From: a virus
Taxonomy: Duplodnaviria > Caudoviricetes
Direction: 5' to 3' (one strand)
Virus record (IMG/VR): IMGVR_UViG_3300020207_000040
Span: 1-49,924 of that record
Length of the DNA: 49,924 nt
Shown here: positions 36,401-45,898 of the stretch, piece after piece
Position numbering within the stretch: the first letter of the stretch is position 1
How the letters are laid out: every line of letters starts with the position of its first letter
Made by a program: the position numbers and the translations under genes
The notes under the pieces: generated by a model
The model's input: the letters and a program-made list of their open reading frames with translations, nothing else
Told to the model about the DNA's origin: nothing
Databases searched by the model: none

Positions 36401-37099
36401 ATAAGTATTGATTGTAAAGTTTTCTATATCTATAAACTGCTTTTTAACAGTTATAGTAAATGTTCTAGGTGTAGCTTGGCTTTCATCATCTGTAGCAGTT
36501 ACAGTAAAAGTATATAACGTATCTGCAGTTTCTAATGTTGTTGTACCATCAATATTAGCACCTGTTAAAGACAGCCCGGTTGGCAATGCTCCATTAGTAA
36601 TACTAAAAGTAATTGTACCTGCATCAGGCTCTGTAGCCTGCAGAGTTATAGTAGATATAGTTGTATCTGAAGCAAATGTGCCTAAAGATCCGGCTGCTGT
36701 TGTCCATGTTGGAATACCATTATATGATATACCATTAATATAAGTAGCTGATCCTGTATCTGTATTTGTAACTACAATATCATAATCACCAGCAGCTTTA
36801 GCAGGTGTTGTAAATGTTATTTGTGTTTCTGACACATAAGATACTGCAGGGGCAGCGGTCCCCCCAATAGTTACCGTAGCACCAGTTTTAAAACCTGTTC
36901 CAGTTACTGTAATAGTTTCACCTCCAGCTGGATCTGCTGCTGTTACTGAACCTGGGTAAGCTATACTAGTAATGGTAGGATTAATAATAATAGAAGACCA
37001 GGTCATAGTACCATCTCCGTTGGACATTAAAAAATATCCATCAGCGCCATTTCCAATTATACCTTCAAATAATCCAGCTTTTATTTTGGTTTGTGCCAT
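33500..37099 (-). CDS. Tail fibre/receptor-binding protein: IPT/TIG, Ig-like, three LamG (ConA-like) domains and a C-terminal PDLVWIK domain
   Basis: GGETITVTGTGF..GATVTIGG; LPTGLSL; WxHI/L...F.GK.DQ.R.FNKALS repeats; PDLVWIKSR; GFRPRWVMIK. Confidence 0.85.
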   Translation of the reverse strand: MAQTKIKAGLFEGIIGNGADGYFLMSNGDGTMTWSSIIINPTITSIAYPGSVTAADPAGGETITVTGTGFKTGATVTIGGTAAPAVSYVSETQITFTTPAKAAGDYDIVVTNTDTGSATYINGISYNGIPTWTTAAGSLGTFASDTTISTITLQATEPDAGTITFSITNGALPTGLSLTGANIDGTTTLETADTLYTFTVTATDDESQATPRTFTITVKKQFIDIENFTINTYTGTGSTQSIGGKIGTAADFNGSSSYIQTSLSPSYNTIAHSLWFWADSALSNYTDNLYYFDNKGGRIDIAIIGTGSNSIISTNEIVGISSTTATSGWNHLVLIYTGWASSYTPGSYASAITVTAYLNGSSIGTASPTPYGQTTGMRIGRSGGGFYFDGKVDQFRVFNKALSSSEVTTLYGENNASSTKSTTDIFDDGSGIALYEFEKGAKDTGGVSGYIGTAGLFDGSSSYITINSTSTTPFDASSEDFSISAWINVSSFQSDACIISKWGSTSTNQSYFFGFNGSADNTKLIVYEKYGSSTNVMTSTSTTITTGSWFHIAYVRNSTQTIIYINGVAETFSNTNTINSGNSQPIIVGRQDGYPGTSFNGKIDQMRLFNKALSSSEITTLYGETSASATKSTTDIFDDGSGIALYELEGNANNSATYIDNVHTTNLKINLNTLVEDSYSGGSTWSDLTTNGNDGTIYGATLDGDSLKFGSGDYVNIPDTADIVNSNFTIETWFKLDSTTNQWNAIVGKGSSDASEELCLLVRPGNNVIYFDWGTGSQYVQPSYTWQANIWYHIAMTFGTNGIYFWVNGQKITGQSSNPGSTTSLTDDLRIGSARNNTLSMYGNISQFRYYDSVLSDSTIVSNYNSSSNPAFLNGTATNVLYAYDGTPTNVSFVGTSFEPDLVWIKSRGSARNHMLSTSVQQQYNYLSTNLTNAEATSSARITSLDSNGFTIGTSANVNETNIDFVAWCWKAGGTAVSNTDGSITSSVSANQDAGFSIVKWTGNETASQTIGHGLSSTPELAFIKQLDGTREWQAPLFNLNAGDYLILNSTAAKATDTARWSAIDSSIVTVGAQPHTNGTGSPYIGYFFHSVDGYQKVGSYTGTGQPNNDVTTGFRPRWVMIKNTSGEGWNIVDSIRNPSNPANLNIQANDSAVESSTGNPAIQVDFDDTGFSLVAPAGTAGEGQVNSNGSTYIYLAIA

Positions 37100-37111
37100 T
37101 TATATTTTATT

Positions 37112-38092
37112 TTAAGCGAATGCCATGTAGAAGAAACTGGCTCCATTGTTATTATATCTTCCGTTATTTACCGTAAATCCGTCAGAATCAAGTGTAGGAA
37201 TGTTTGTTTCTAATGATTGTGCCTGTGTTAAATTTATATAATGTTCGTAATTAGATCTTTCGGAATCAACAACAACCCAATTGCCAGTTGAATCATATCT
37301 TTTGATTATTAATAATCTAGGCATAAAACCAAAGCCAGTAACTGATAAATTTGTTCCATTTCCAGTAAAAGTGCCAAATTTTGAAATACCAGAAATTTCT
37401 GTAAAACAAAAATATATTATATTAGCTCCAGTTGTTGCGCCTGAACCACCTACTGTAAAAGTTGTTGATGATACTGCTGTAATTTCATTTGAGTCATTTC
37501 TACGGTCAAGGTCATTATTAAACATTAATTTATGAGAACCATAAGATCCAAAAACATTTGAATTAACCGACCAGTTTCCACCTGTTCCATAATTTCTTGC
37601 AATAACAATTTGAGGAGCGGTACCAAGACCGTGTCCAAGTGTGTTGCCAGTATTGGAAGAAGCGCACGTCACAATTGAAAACCCAAGATTTGTATTTGCA
37701 GCAACCTGAGTGTTAACCGATCCGTCTGTATTTGTCACCGGTGAACCACCTGCATTAAAACAATATGCTATAAAATCAATCCCGCTTGCGTTGTGTCTAC
37801 CTCCCGATGAATTAACGTCAAACCCATTTGAATTTGCAGTAAAATAAGAGAACGCAAATTGACCTGACGTTCCATGGGTTTCTAAACCATAAAAAGAAAG
37901 TGTTTTTGGGTCAAACATTCCGCCTTCAGCTTGCCCAAGATTTTTAACCCATATTAAATCAGGAGAAAATTCAAGGTCAGTTGTTACTGTAAATGTTGAA
38001 CCAGTCCCTGTATATGGCACAATAGCTAAATCAGCAGTATTACCACCAGAAGCAATTGGGCCTGCAGCTATAAGTCTTTTATTAGATGCCAT
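37112..38092 (-). CDS. Virion fibre protein, paralogue of the C-terminal domain of the 1199-aa fibre
   Basis: YTGTG, PDLIWVK, NTDGSV.TQV.AN...GFSIV, GHGL..AP, GF.PR.LIIK. Confidence 0.8.
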   Translation of the reverse strand: MASNKRLIAAGPIASGGNTADLAIVPYTGTGSTFTVTTDLEFSPDLIWVKNLGQAEGGMFDPKTLSFYGLETHGTSGQFAFSYFTANSNGFDVNSSGGRHNASGIDFIAYCFNAGGSPVTNTDGSVNTQVAANTNLGFSIVTCASSNTGNTLGHGLGTAPQIVIARNYGTGGNWSVNSNVFGSYGSHKLMFNNDLDRRNDSNEITAVSSTTFTVGGSGATTGANIIYFCFTEISGISKFGTFTGNGTNLSVTGFGFMPRLLIIKRYDSTGNWVVVDSERSNYEHYINLTQAQSLETNIPTLDSDGFTVNNGRYNNNGASFFYMAFA

Positions 38093-38549
38093 ATGTTGGT
38101 AGATCGTATTGAGCCACTTCAGCTTTAGCTGTTAAAGCATTTATTTCAGATTCTTTTGTAGCACATTCAGTTCTTAAATTTGAACGTTCTGTTGATATAT
38201 TTGAAGGAACAGCAGCTCCCCCTTCAACATCACGAACAACCATCCAATCAGTTTTAGCTAGCTCTTTATTGTAAATATATTTTAAATTTTCAATTTTAGA
38301 TGCCTTCATTTCTTCAAGTGTTTGAGGAAAATCTTTATCTAATATGGGGTAAGTAAAAGTATTACTATCAGCATCCCATTCAATATCTCCTAAAACTTGA
38401 ATAGCAGAATTGTAATCAGGAGTAATAACGTCATAAAAACCGTAAGCTTCTCCATCTGTAATATTTAAATGAGTACCATTTTCATCTGTCCAAACTTTAG
38501 GTAATGACGCAAATTTTTTAATTGCTCCGTTTACTTGTATTGCTTTCAT
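38082..38549 (-). CDS. Tail fibre assembly chaperone-like protein
   Basis: L.KTDWMVVR..E.G..VPSNI...R..LRT motif. Confidence 0.7.
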   Translation of the reverse strand: MKAIQVNGAIKKFASLPKVWTDENGTHLNITDGEAYGFYDVITPDYNSAIQVLGDIEWDADSNTFTYPILDKDFPQTLEEMKASKIENLKYIYNKELAKTDWMVVRDVEGGAAVPSNISTERSNLRTECATKESEINALTAKAEVAQYDLPTYGI

Positions 38550-38550
38550 A

Positions 38551-38958
38551 TTATACTGCTTCTTGTGATATTGTTGCCCACTGTTCTGTCGAGCCGTTGG
38601 TTGCTACTATTTGAATTAGGTTGGATACTGTTCCGTCATACGTTCCAGATATAACTTTAACTGATGCCGGAAGTGTTAAAGTAAAGTTTCCAGTAATAAC
38701 AAGATCTTTAACCATGCCCGTAGATACATTTGAAAATGTCAACGTATCATTTGCTACTAATGTTTTTGTAAATACTTGAGCAGTGCTAAAATCTACATCA
38801 CTTGCAGATAATGTAGCAGCTGTTGTAAACTCAGTTGCAAGTTTAGCATACGATATAGCGTCATTAGCTATTTTATCTGAACTAATAGATCCGCTCGAAA
38901 TGTTATCTGTTACAGCTGTTGGTTCTAATACTGCTGCTGTTACTTTAGTTAGTGCCAT
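38551..38958 (-). CDS. Small tail fibre/adaptor protein
   Basis: MALTKV start; short repeats (ISSDKIA, ISYAKLA); beta-rich C-terminus. Confidence 0.7.
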   Translation of the reverse strand: MALTKVTAAVLEPTAVTDNISSGSISSDKIANDAISYAKLATEFTTAATLSASDVDFSTAQVFTKTLVANDTLTFSNVSTGMVKDLVITGNFTLTLPASVKVISGTYDGTVSNLIQIVATNGSTEQWATISQEAV

Positions 38959-38959
38959 A

Positions 38960-39352
38960 TTATTCTGTTATTAAATCCCAAGTTCCCATTTCTTCGTTCC
39001 AAGAATATCGCTGCCCGTCTGTTGGGTATTCAACAGGTGCTTCCCATAAACAAGTTGTTTCATTTAGTATCCAACTATCAAATTCGTTTGGTGGAATAAA
39101 TGCATCTCGAACTTCGTCATAACTGTAGCCAATTCCTGCATAGTTTTTTCTAAATGCTTTTGATTGATCCGTGCTAGGCTCGCCATTTATATAATGTACT
39201 CCCCCGCTTGTATTATAGGATGTACGTTTACAAATTTGCTCTCTGATGTTTCCATAGTGGATTTCCCAGTTTGTTGGTCCATCTGTTTCGTCTTTGCCGA
39301 CTATCACCTCGGTGACGATATTTTGCATGTTTAAAAAAGCGTAATGAGCCAT
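38960..39352 (-). CDS. Conserved partner of glycine-rich fibre proteins
   Basis: MAHYAF...V.EVIVG, KRTSYNT, FRKNYAGIGY.YD..RDAFIPP, W.L.E.TC.WEAP..YP.DG..Y.W.E. Confidence 0.8.
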   Translation of the reverse strand: MAHYAFLNMQNIVTEVIVGKDETDGPTNWEIHYGNIREQICKRTSYNTSGGVHYINGEPSTDQSKAFRKNYAGIGYSYDEVRDAFIPPNEFDSWILNETTCLWEAPVEYPTDGQRYSWNEEMGTWDLITE

Positions 39353-39373
39353 TTTTTTATTTATTAATTTATT

Positions 39374-40624
39374 TTATATTGTATATGATCCAGAACTTTT
39401 AAATACTAATATTTTATTAACACCCTCAGTGTAAACATCTGGCGATCCAGTTGTAGTGCCACTGTAATTTGTTGTAGCTATTCTCAAAATACAAACTCCA
39501 GAGCCTCCATTAGCACCTCTTAGAGGTGATCCATTGTATGCTGAACCGCCACCACCACCAGTATTTGGATCAGCATCTATGGGGCTTGCAGCAGCATTTG
39601 TACCACCACCTAGTCCACCACTACCAAAAGCAGTCCTATTATCACCACCGCCACCACCAGAAAAATAAAGTGACGAGCCAGATTGCTCTCCGATAGATGA
39701 TGAGGCTGCATTTGTGGTAGATATTATTGTGCTAGTTTTTCCTATTCCACCACTTGCTGGCGTACTCGATGCATTTTGTCCGGCTGCACCGGCACCGCCG
39801 CCACCACCACCTTGGTTAGCTGAAGGAGAACCATTTCCTCCATTGTAACCTTGACCTGCAGTCCCTGAACCTCCGGTTTGTGGTGCAGATCCTCCAGCAC
39901 CACCTCCACCAGATCCTCCATCACCAGCCTGTACAACATTATTGTCTGATGCTCCACCACCACCTCCATAAGCGGTTATTGTTGTAGATGCATAAGATAT
40001 AATACTATCACTACCATTATTCACTGCTGCTGGGGTTTTTGTACCTCCAGCTCCCCCACCGCCTACAGTTATTGTTAAAGTTGTACCAGAATTAATAGTA
40101 CCAGTGTTAGACTCCAAAAATCCCCCAGCTCCCCCGCCTCCAGCATCTTGGTAACCACCGCCACCGCCACCACCTATTAGTAGATAATCTACAGAATAGT
40201 CTAAACCAGCTACCGATAAAGCATCAGCAGTTTCATTAGCGGCTGATTTTACTAGCCATCCCTTTGTGGCACCAGAATAAAATAACACCACTGATCCTTT
40301 ATCATAATTAATTTTAAAATCAAGGGTGCTGTCTTGTATATCATCAGAGCTAGTTAAAGTAATATTATTAGTTCCAGCATTAGCACCATAATCTACTAAG
40401 GTTACCTCATCACCTACACTAGGCGAACTAGGCAGCGTTACAGTTATGGCACTACTAGAGGTATCAATTAAATAACCTTCCCCAGCAACAGCTGTAAAGT
40501 CTGCTGTTTTTGGAGTAGCTTGCCAATCTGTACCAGTTTCTAATGTAACAGCGCCTGTGCTACCATTAACGCTAGTAACTATTGTACTGTCAATTAAATC
40601 TGTCGTAAGTTTTGTTAATGCCAT
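39374..40624 (-). CDS. Glycine-rich tail fibre protein
   Basis: FTAVAGEGY.IDT...ITVTLPSSPSVGD; then GGGGGGG...GGGGAGG...GGSGVCILR domain. Confidence 0.8.
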   Translation of the reverse strand: MALTKLTTDLIDSTIVTSVNGSTGAVTLETGTDWQATPKTADFTAVAGEGYLIDTSSSAITVTLPSSPSVGDEVTLVDYGANAGTNNITLTSSDDIQDSTLDFKINYDKGSVVLFYSGATKGWLVKSAANETADALSVAGLDYSVDYLLIGGGGGGGYQDAGGGGAGGFLESNTGTINSGTTLTITVGGGGAGGTKTPAAVNNGSDSIISYASTTITAYGGGGGASDNNVVQAGDGGSGGGGAGGSAPQTGGSGTAGQGYNGGNGSPSANQGGGGGGAGAAGQNASSTPASGGIGKTSTIISTTNAASSSIGEQSGSSLYFSGGGGGDNRTAFGSGGLGGGTNAAASPIDADPNTGGGGGSAYNGSPLRGANGGSGVCILRIATTNYSGTTTGSPDVYTEGVNKILVFKSSGSYTI

Positions 40625-40626
40625 GG

Positions 40627-43458
40627 TTAACTAAATGATATTGTTCCTGTTCCAGCCGTGAATGTGGTTACTTTGTCGCTTCCATCTGTAGTGGTAGAGC
40701 TTGTTAATCCAGCTCCTACTGTTATTGTTTTAGTATTAGGATAACGCAGTATAACTATACCAGAGCCTCCAGAAGCTCCATATTGCCATCCTCCGCCGCC
40801 GCCGCCACCTGTATTAGCAGTACCAGCAGTTCCGTAATCGCTTCCAGCGCCGCCACCTCCTGTTCCGCCGCCGCCGCCAGCACCCCAACTGGTATACATA
40901 CCACCACCGCCACCGCCAGCATAGGTTATTGAAGAGCCTGTTATTGAAACACTAAGACCATTACCACCACCGCCACTAGAATAAGCAGCACCATTTTGGC
41001 CTGCAGCGCTTGCGCCACCGCCACCACCGGTAGCGTAACTTTGAGATGGGCCAGGTAGAAACCCAGCTCCGCCTTGGTATCCTTGGTTTGCTGTTCCCGC
41101 AGCGTTTGCTGTTGAATTATATCCGCCACCACCGCCAGAACCGCCTGATAGTCCATCTGTATAGGTCGCGTTAGAATCCGCGCCGCTGCCGCCGCCGCCG
41201 GCTGATGTTATAGTTCCAAATACTGAATCTCCTCCATTTGTTCCTTGAGATCCAGCGGCATAACCTACTCCATTTGCTCCTCCGCCCCCTACGGTTAATG
41301 TATAATTAGTTTGAGGCAACCCTGAAAAAGTTGTTTCAGCAGAAGAGCCTCCTCCTGATGTAGAACCATAAGATGTGCGAAGTCCTCCGGCGCCACCACC
41401 TCCAGACCAGTTGCCGCCAGCACCGGCGCCACCCGCAACTACCAAAAAGTCAATATCAAAATTAGCCTGTGTTGATGTTAACCCAGATATAACAAGATTT
41501 GTATTTAAACTATTTGCCGAAGGAAAAACACCACCTAATGTTATAGTTAAAATGTTACCTGGACCTGAATTGTCATACGATTGACTTGCTGTTAACCCAT
41601 TAGGTAACCCAGAAATTGATGCCGTGCCGCTTAATATATATGCAGCTCCGCCTGTTATTGTAAATGTTTGAGGCCCATATACTGATTCTGCTTGACCTAC
41701 TGACGATGGCGGTGTTGTATACGTTAAACTTTGCCCAGTAGGCGTATTAAATGATACGGTAACGTCTACAAGTGTATTTTCAATTGTAAAATTATTACTT
41801 GAATTTTTTGTAATACTAATACCTGTTCCAGCGGTTAAAGTAACCTCTCCTTTAACACTTGCTACAAATTGATGTTTAACCTCAATGGTTGAACCATTTG
41901 GAGGCGCCGTAGAAAATGTTAATGTATTTCCAGATAAACTAAATGTATCTTTTTGCTGATATAATCCATTAATATAAACATCAATAGCGTTTTCAGTACT
42001 TGGAGTAGATGTTAAAACAAAATCTACTTGAGAACCTGTACCGCTAAAGTTATCGATATCTATAGTATCAGGAAGCATCGAAACTTCACCTACAGTTATC
42101 ACTTCAATACTATAGCCGTTTTGTGGCGCTGTGGTGAAAGTAAGTGTTGTTCCGCTTATGCTATACGTGCTTTTCTCCTGATATATCCCCTGTAAAAATA
42201 CAAAGGATTTATCTTCATCTACTTCTTGTGTTAAAGTAAAATCTGTTTGCGACCCTGTACCAGTGAACTGGTTACTATTCAAAGTTGAATAAGTTGCAGG
42301 CGTAAAATGTACGACTTCTATCGCACTACCACTTGGAGGTGCGGTGGAAAAAGTGATAGTTGTCCCAGAAGTCGTATAATTGTCTTTAGACTGATAAACT
42401 CCGTCTATGTATACTTGTGTAACGTTTTCATCCGTAACGTCCTTAGAAGCTGTGAAATCAACTGTAGTGCCGTTTCCAGTAAATGTATCTGTATACACCT
42501 TTGATAATACAGATATAAAATGGATTACTTCTACTTCAGATCCAGCCGGAACTCCAGTTGAAAATGTTATTGTTGATCCGCTTGTTGTATAATTGCTTTT
42601 AGCTTGATATACACCATCAATATATACTTGTGTATTACTTGATGCTGTTATAGCGGATGATATTGTAAATGCCGTTTGGTTGGCTGTAGCAGTAAATACA
42701 TTTCTTTCAATAGAAAGTTCTGTACCGCCGCCACCACCACCGCCACCAGAAACAGTGCCGTTTTTCCAATAGTTATTTGCAGCATCCCAAACTAATGCTT
42801 GACCGTTTTGTTTAGAAGAAACAGTTACATTAGATATGTTTTCTACAGTATGAGCTGTTGGCGTTGCTACACCACTTGAATTACCAAGCCATAATTGGTC
42901 TTGTGGAATATTCGGAACATCATTTGATCTGCCTGCTCCAAACACTTCAATGCTACCGTTTGTAGCATGAATTTTAATTACCTGTCCTACTCTTTGTATT
43001 AATGCAGTCCCTGTTGGCTTTGTACCTGTAAACGCACCGCTTGTTCCAACCCATATAGGGTCTCCTTCGGTATAGCCTGATGTGGAAAAACCTGAAGCTC
43101 TACCAAAAGCAACACAGTCACCTTCGGCTTGATCAGCAATAGTATCTGTTATTATACCAATAGCAGGCATTGTAGATGCAGATGAATTATCTGCAATATC
43201 AACTTCTAAAACATTGCCAGATGGAGGCGTAGCCGTTGGAGCTACTCTTACTAAAGTTCCAGGGCTAAGTGAACCGCCTGATACATTCTTAACAGTTAAA
43301 ACTATACTCAATGCAGAAGTAGCGGTTGTTGACGCTAAATCCTGAAAACTTAAATTTCCGGCACCGTCAGTTACTATTCCCTGCCCATTAGTTCCATCAG
43401 TAGATGGTAATGTATAGGCGTCGTTTATTGTTATATTATTTAAATAACGACTTGCCAT
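40627..43458 (-). CDS. Tail fibre with four V(Y/F)I.G.YQ repeats and a glycine-rich C-terminal domain
   Basis: Four ~70-aa repeats F.G.G.Q.DF...VYIDGVYQ...Y..SG.TLTF.TAP..GS.IEV; VVAGGAG...GGSGIVILRYP. Confidence 0.85.
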   Translation of the reverse strand: MASRYLNNITINDAYTLPSTDGTNGQGIVTDGAGNLSFQDLASTTATSALSIVLTVKNVSGGSLSPGTLVRVAPTATPPSGNVLEVDIADNSSASTMPAIGIITDTIADQAEGDCVAFGRASGFSTSGYTEGDPIWVGTSGAFTGTKPTGTALIQRVGQVIKIHATNGSIEVFGAGRSNDVPNIPQDQLWLGNSSGVATPTAHTVENISNVTVSSKQNGQALVWDAANNYWKNGTVSGGGGGGGGTELSIERNVFTATANQTAFTISSAITASSNTQVYIDGVYQAKSNYTTSGSTITFSTGVPAGSEVEVIHFISVLSKVYTDTFTGNGTTVDFTASKDVTDENVTQVYIDGVYQSKDNYTTSGTTITFSTAPPSGSAIEVVHFTPATYSTLNSNQFTGTGSQTDFTLTQEVDEDKSFVFLQGIYQEKSTYSISGTTLTFTTAPQNGYSIEVITVGEVSMLPDTIDIDNFSGTGSQVDFVLTSTPSTENAIDVYINGLYQQKDTFSLSGNTLTFSTAPPNGSTIEVKHQFVASVKGEVTLTAGTGISITKNSSNNFTIENTLVDVTVSFNTPTGQSLTYTTPPSSVGQAESVYGPQTFTITGGAAYILSGTASISGLPNGLTASQSYDNSGPGNILTITLGGVFPSANSLNTNLVISGLTSTQANFDIDFLVVAGGAGAGGNWSGGGGAGGLRTSYGSTSGGGSSAETTFSGLPQTNYTLTVGGGGANGVGYAAGSQGTNGGDSVFGTITSAGGGGSGADSNATYTDGLSGGSGGGGGYNSTANAAGTANQGYQGGAGFLPGPSQSYATGGGGGASAAGQNGAAYSSGGGGNGLSVSITGSSITYAGGGGGGMYTSWGAGGGGGTGGGGAGSDYGTAGTANTGGGGGGGWQYGASGGSGIVILRYPNTKTITVGAGLTSSTTTDGSDKVTTFTAGTGTISFS

Positions 43459-43466
43459 AATTTATT

Positions 43467-44423
43467 TTAGTCTATTTTAGTGATCAATACTCTAATTGCG
43501 CCAGCAGATGGAGCCGTGGCAAAATCAATAGTTACTGTATTTGTATTTGTTCTTACAACATCTGCGTAAACAGTATCTTTTGTTGTGTTGTCAAATAATT
43601 GTACAATAACATCTTCACTGCCTAAATTATGAGTAACTGCAACTGATGTTGCACCGCCAATAGATGTTTTATAAGTTTTTGTTGCTAAAGATACAAATCC
43701 TGATGACACAGAAAAGTCTGCTGAATCATAGCCTGAGATACCTTTAACTGCAGCCCCGGCTGTAGCAGCCGCTGTTGCTAAATCAACATTAGATTGAACA
43801 ATTGTAAAGTCTGCTAAAGTACCACCTGTTGATGCTGCAATTGCCGTTTCAGCAATAATAACATCACCAATACGAACTTGCTCAGTAAAGAATAAGCCGT
43901 CAGCAGTAACTGTATATGTATCTCCTTTAGCAATTTCAATATTTGAAGAGGTATCTAAATCAGGGCTGTTTGTGCTAGCATCATATCCACCTTTGTATTC
44001 TAATAAACCTGTTGCAATTGTATCAACATAGTTTTTAGTAGCAACATCTTGTGCATCAACTGGATCTGTAATATTTTGAATACGAGCATTAACACCAGTT
44101 GTTACAAAATCATATATTTGCTGCCCTGTAGCTAAAGCAACACCTGAACTTGTCACCGCCCCTGTTACAATATCTACATTAGGGATTGGCCCCTGACCGT
44201 CTGTAATAGTAAGTTGATCCGCAGTAGCTGTAGTAATTTCCGTTAAATCACCGCCTGCTGATACCCAAGCTGTGCCATTATAGAATTTTATTACATCATC
44301 CGTAGAATCGTAATATACCTGTCCTTCAACTGGGCTTCCTGGCGCAGTTGCTAATACCTGAATTACGGCATTTTGTAGCTCATTTTTAGTTAGGTCTACA
44401 CTGTTTAAATATTTTATTGCCAT
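43467..44423 (-). CDS. Virion structural/fibre protein
   Basis: DL.KNELQNA....L.TAP.SP.EGQVYYD; DP.DAQD.ATKNYVD; VTHNLG..DV.VQL.D. Confidence 0.75.
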   Translation of the reverse strand: MAIKYLNSVDLTKNELQNAVIQVLATAPGSPVEGQVYYDSTDDVIKFYNGTAWVSAGGDLTEITTATADQLTITDGQGPIPNVDIVTGAVTSSGVALATGQQIYDFVTTGVNARIQNITDPVDAQDVATKNYVDTIATGLLEYKGGYDASTNSPDLDTSSNIEIAKGDTYTVTADGLFFTEQVRIGDVIIAETAIAASTGGTLADFTIVQSNVDLATAAATAGAAVKGISGYDSADFSVSSGFVSLATKTYKTSIGGATSVAVTHNLGSEDVIVQLFDNTTKDTVYADVVRTNTNTVTIDFATAPSAGAIRVLITKID

Positions 44424-44434
44424 TTTTTATTTTT

Positions 44435-45145
44435 TTAGTTTAAATAAGCCTTTCCAGAAAAAGGTGCAGAAAAATTTATTATTAAGTTGTTTTCGTCTGT
44501 ATATGTGGTGTTTCCATAAACTACATTATTTGCACTGTCAATTACAGTAACGCTTGGAAACTTTTCTAAATTATGTTCAATAGTCCATGTTGCAGAAGAG
44601 CTGGCTTGGGTAAACGTGAAAAATTTATCTGGTTTAGTTAATGCTGTATTTGCAAAAGTAATTGTAGATGCCTTAGGTTCTCCAAAACTACCCTTATGTA
44701 TTAAGGAAAATAAATAAGCATCTGTTAACGCAGATATGCCGGTTACTTCATAAGTGCCGTAGTTTCCATTACTATCACTTATATCAGTAATTTTTATTAT
44801 TTGATTTTGAAATAAGCTAACTATAGGCGCAATATCAACAAGGTTTATATTGTATCTTGAAAAAGCAAATCCTATTATATTAGCCCAGCCATATTGCGAC
44901 GGAGCGGTAGGATCTATTTGGTATCTAAATTCGCCGCTGTGTATAGCATTATTTAAATATGTTCCAGCATAATTATATTGGTAACCTAGCTGCGTACCAT
45001 CAGCACTGCCTGTTTTTGAAAAATATTGACCAATAGTTTCTACTTGGTACGACTTAGTTGCATTATTACCACCTACATCCGTTCCTACTAGTTTATCTCC
45101 ACCAGTGATAGTGGTATCTAAGGAATAATTTTTTATTCTAGCCAT
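44435..45145 (-). CDS. Virion structural protein
   Basis: MARI..Y..D......DKL.GTD; C-terminal WTI.HNL.KFPSVTVID...FS..FSGKAYLN. Confidence 0.75.
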   Translation of the reverse strand: MARIKNYSLDTTITGGDKLVGTDVGGNNATKSYQVETIGQYFSKTGSADGTQLGYQYNYAGTYLNNAIHSGEFRYQIDPTAPSQYGWANIIGFAFSRYNINLVDIAPIVSLFQNQIIKITDISDSNGNYGTYEVTGISALTDAYLFSLIHKGSFGEPKASTITFANTALTKPDKFFTFTQASSSATWTIEHNLEKFPSVTVIDSANNVVYGNTTYTDENNLIINFSAPFSGKAYLN

Positions 45146-45897
45146 TATGGATATAAGTCTGTTGTAGTTTGGTCATTTGCAGAATAACAGCTTGTTTCGT
45201 ATATATAAATATTAGCATTTACATAATCAGGTGTACCAGAAGTTATTGTTGCTGTAAATGATGTGCTTCCCCCAGCGCTAGAAACAGTCTGCGTTCCTGA
45301 ATAACTAAAAGTTGTTCCAGAACCAAACGCTTCAGCCATATAATAATCTACCCTTGTTGCATCTGCTGGTGCAGTAAAAGAAACTGTAAATTCAGCTCCA
45401 GGCGCCCATTTCAAAGTACCATTAACAGTAGTTGTTACTCTCGTTATATTGGTTATAGTTTTTGTAATTGATGGAGTAAATGATATTATACCTGATCCTC
45501 CGTCTTGTGTAAAACTACCTGAAATATTAGCAGCCCCTCCTTGAATTGTTGTAGAGTTTGTTGGCGTTAAAGTTGTTGTAATAGTTCTATTAGAACCACT
45601 AAAACAAGGTGATGATCCATTACTATCTATTACTATTGGCTGATCATAAGGGGATGAAGATAGAATGTAATTACCTGCTCCATAACCAGTTAAACTGTAT
45701 GTAGCTCCAATTTCTCCTGTTATTCTTAAATATCGCGTTCCTCCACTTGCATCTAAAGTTGACGTATCAGTAAATGCAGCACTTACTATTTCTCTAGTGT
45801 TTGGATACACTATAGTATGCCCAGCATAACTTGCCGCGATAGACTCAATACCTAATTTAATATCGGCTATGTTTACATGCTGATTATTTAAAGGCAT
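45145..45897 (-). CDS. Ser/Thr-rich fibre/receptor-binding protein
   Basis: N-terminal I.DIKLG...I...YAG...VYP; beta-rich. Confidence 0.65.
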   Translation of the reverse strand: MPLNNQHVNIADIKLGIESIAASYAGHTIVYPNTREIVSAAFTDTSTLDASGGTRYLRITGEIGATYSLTGYGAGNYILSSSPYDQPIVIDSNGSSPCFSGSNRTITTTLTPTNSTTIQGGAANISGSFTQDGGSGIISFTPSITKTITNITRVTTTVNGTLKWAPGAEFTVSFTAPADATRVDYYMAEAFGSGTTFSYSGTQTVSSAGGSTSFTATITSGTPDYVNANIYIYETSCYSANDQTTTDLYP

Positions 45898-45898
45898 A

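Noticed and set aside
33500-38092. Diversity-generating retroelement TR/VR pair
   Set aside because: Repeats are protein-level paralogy without adenine-specific differences, and there is no reverse transcriptase in the window
39742-41156. Alternative-frame ORFs and high GC in glycine-rich domains
   Set aside because: Poly-Gly codons account for both the GC content and the open frames
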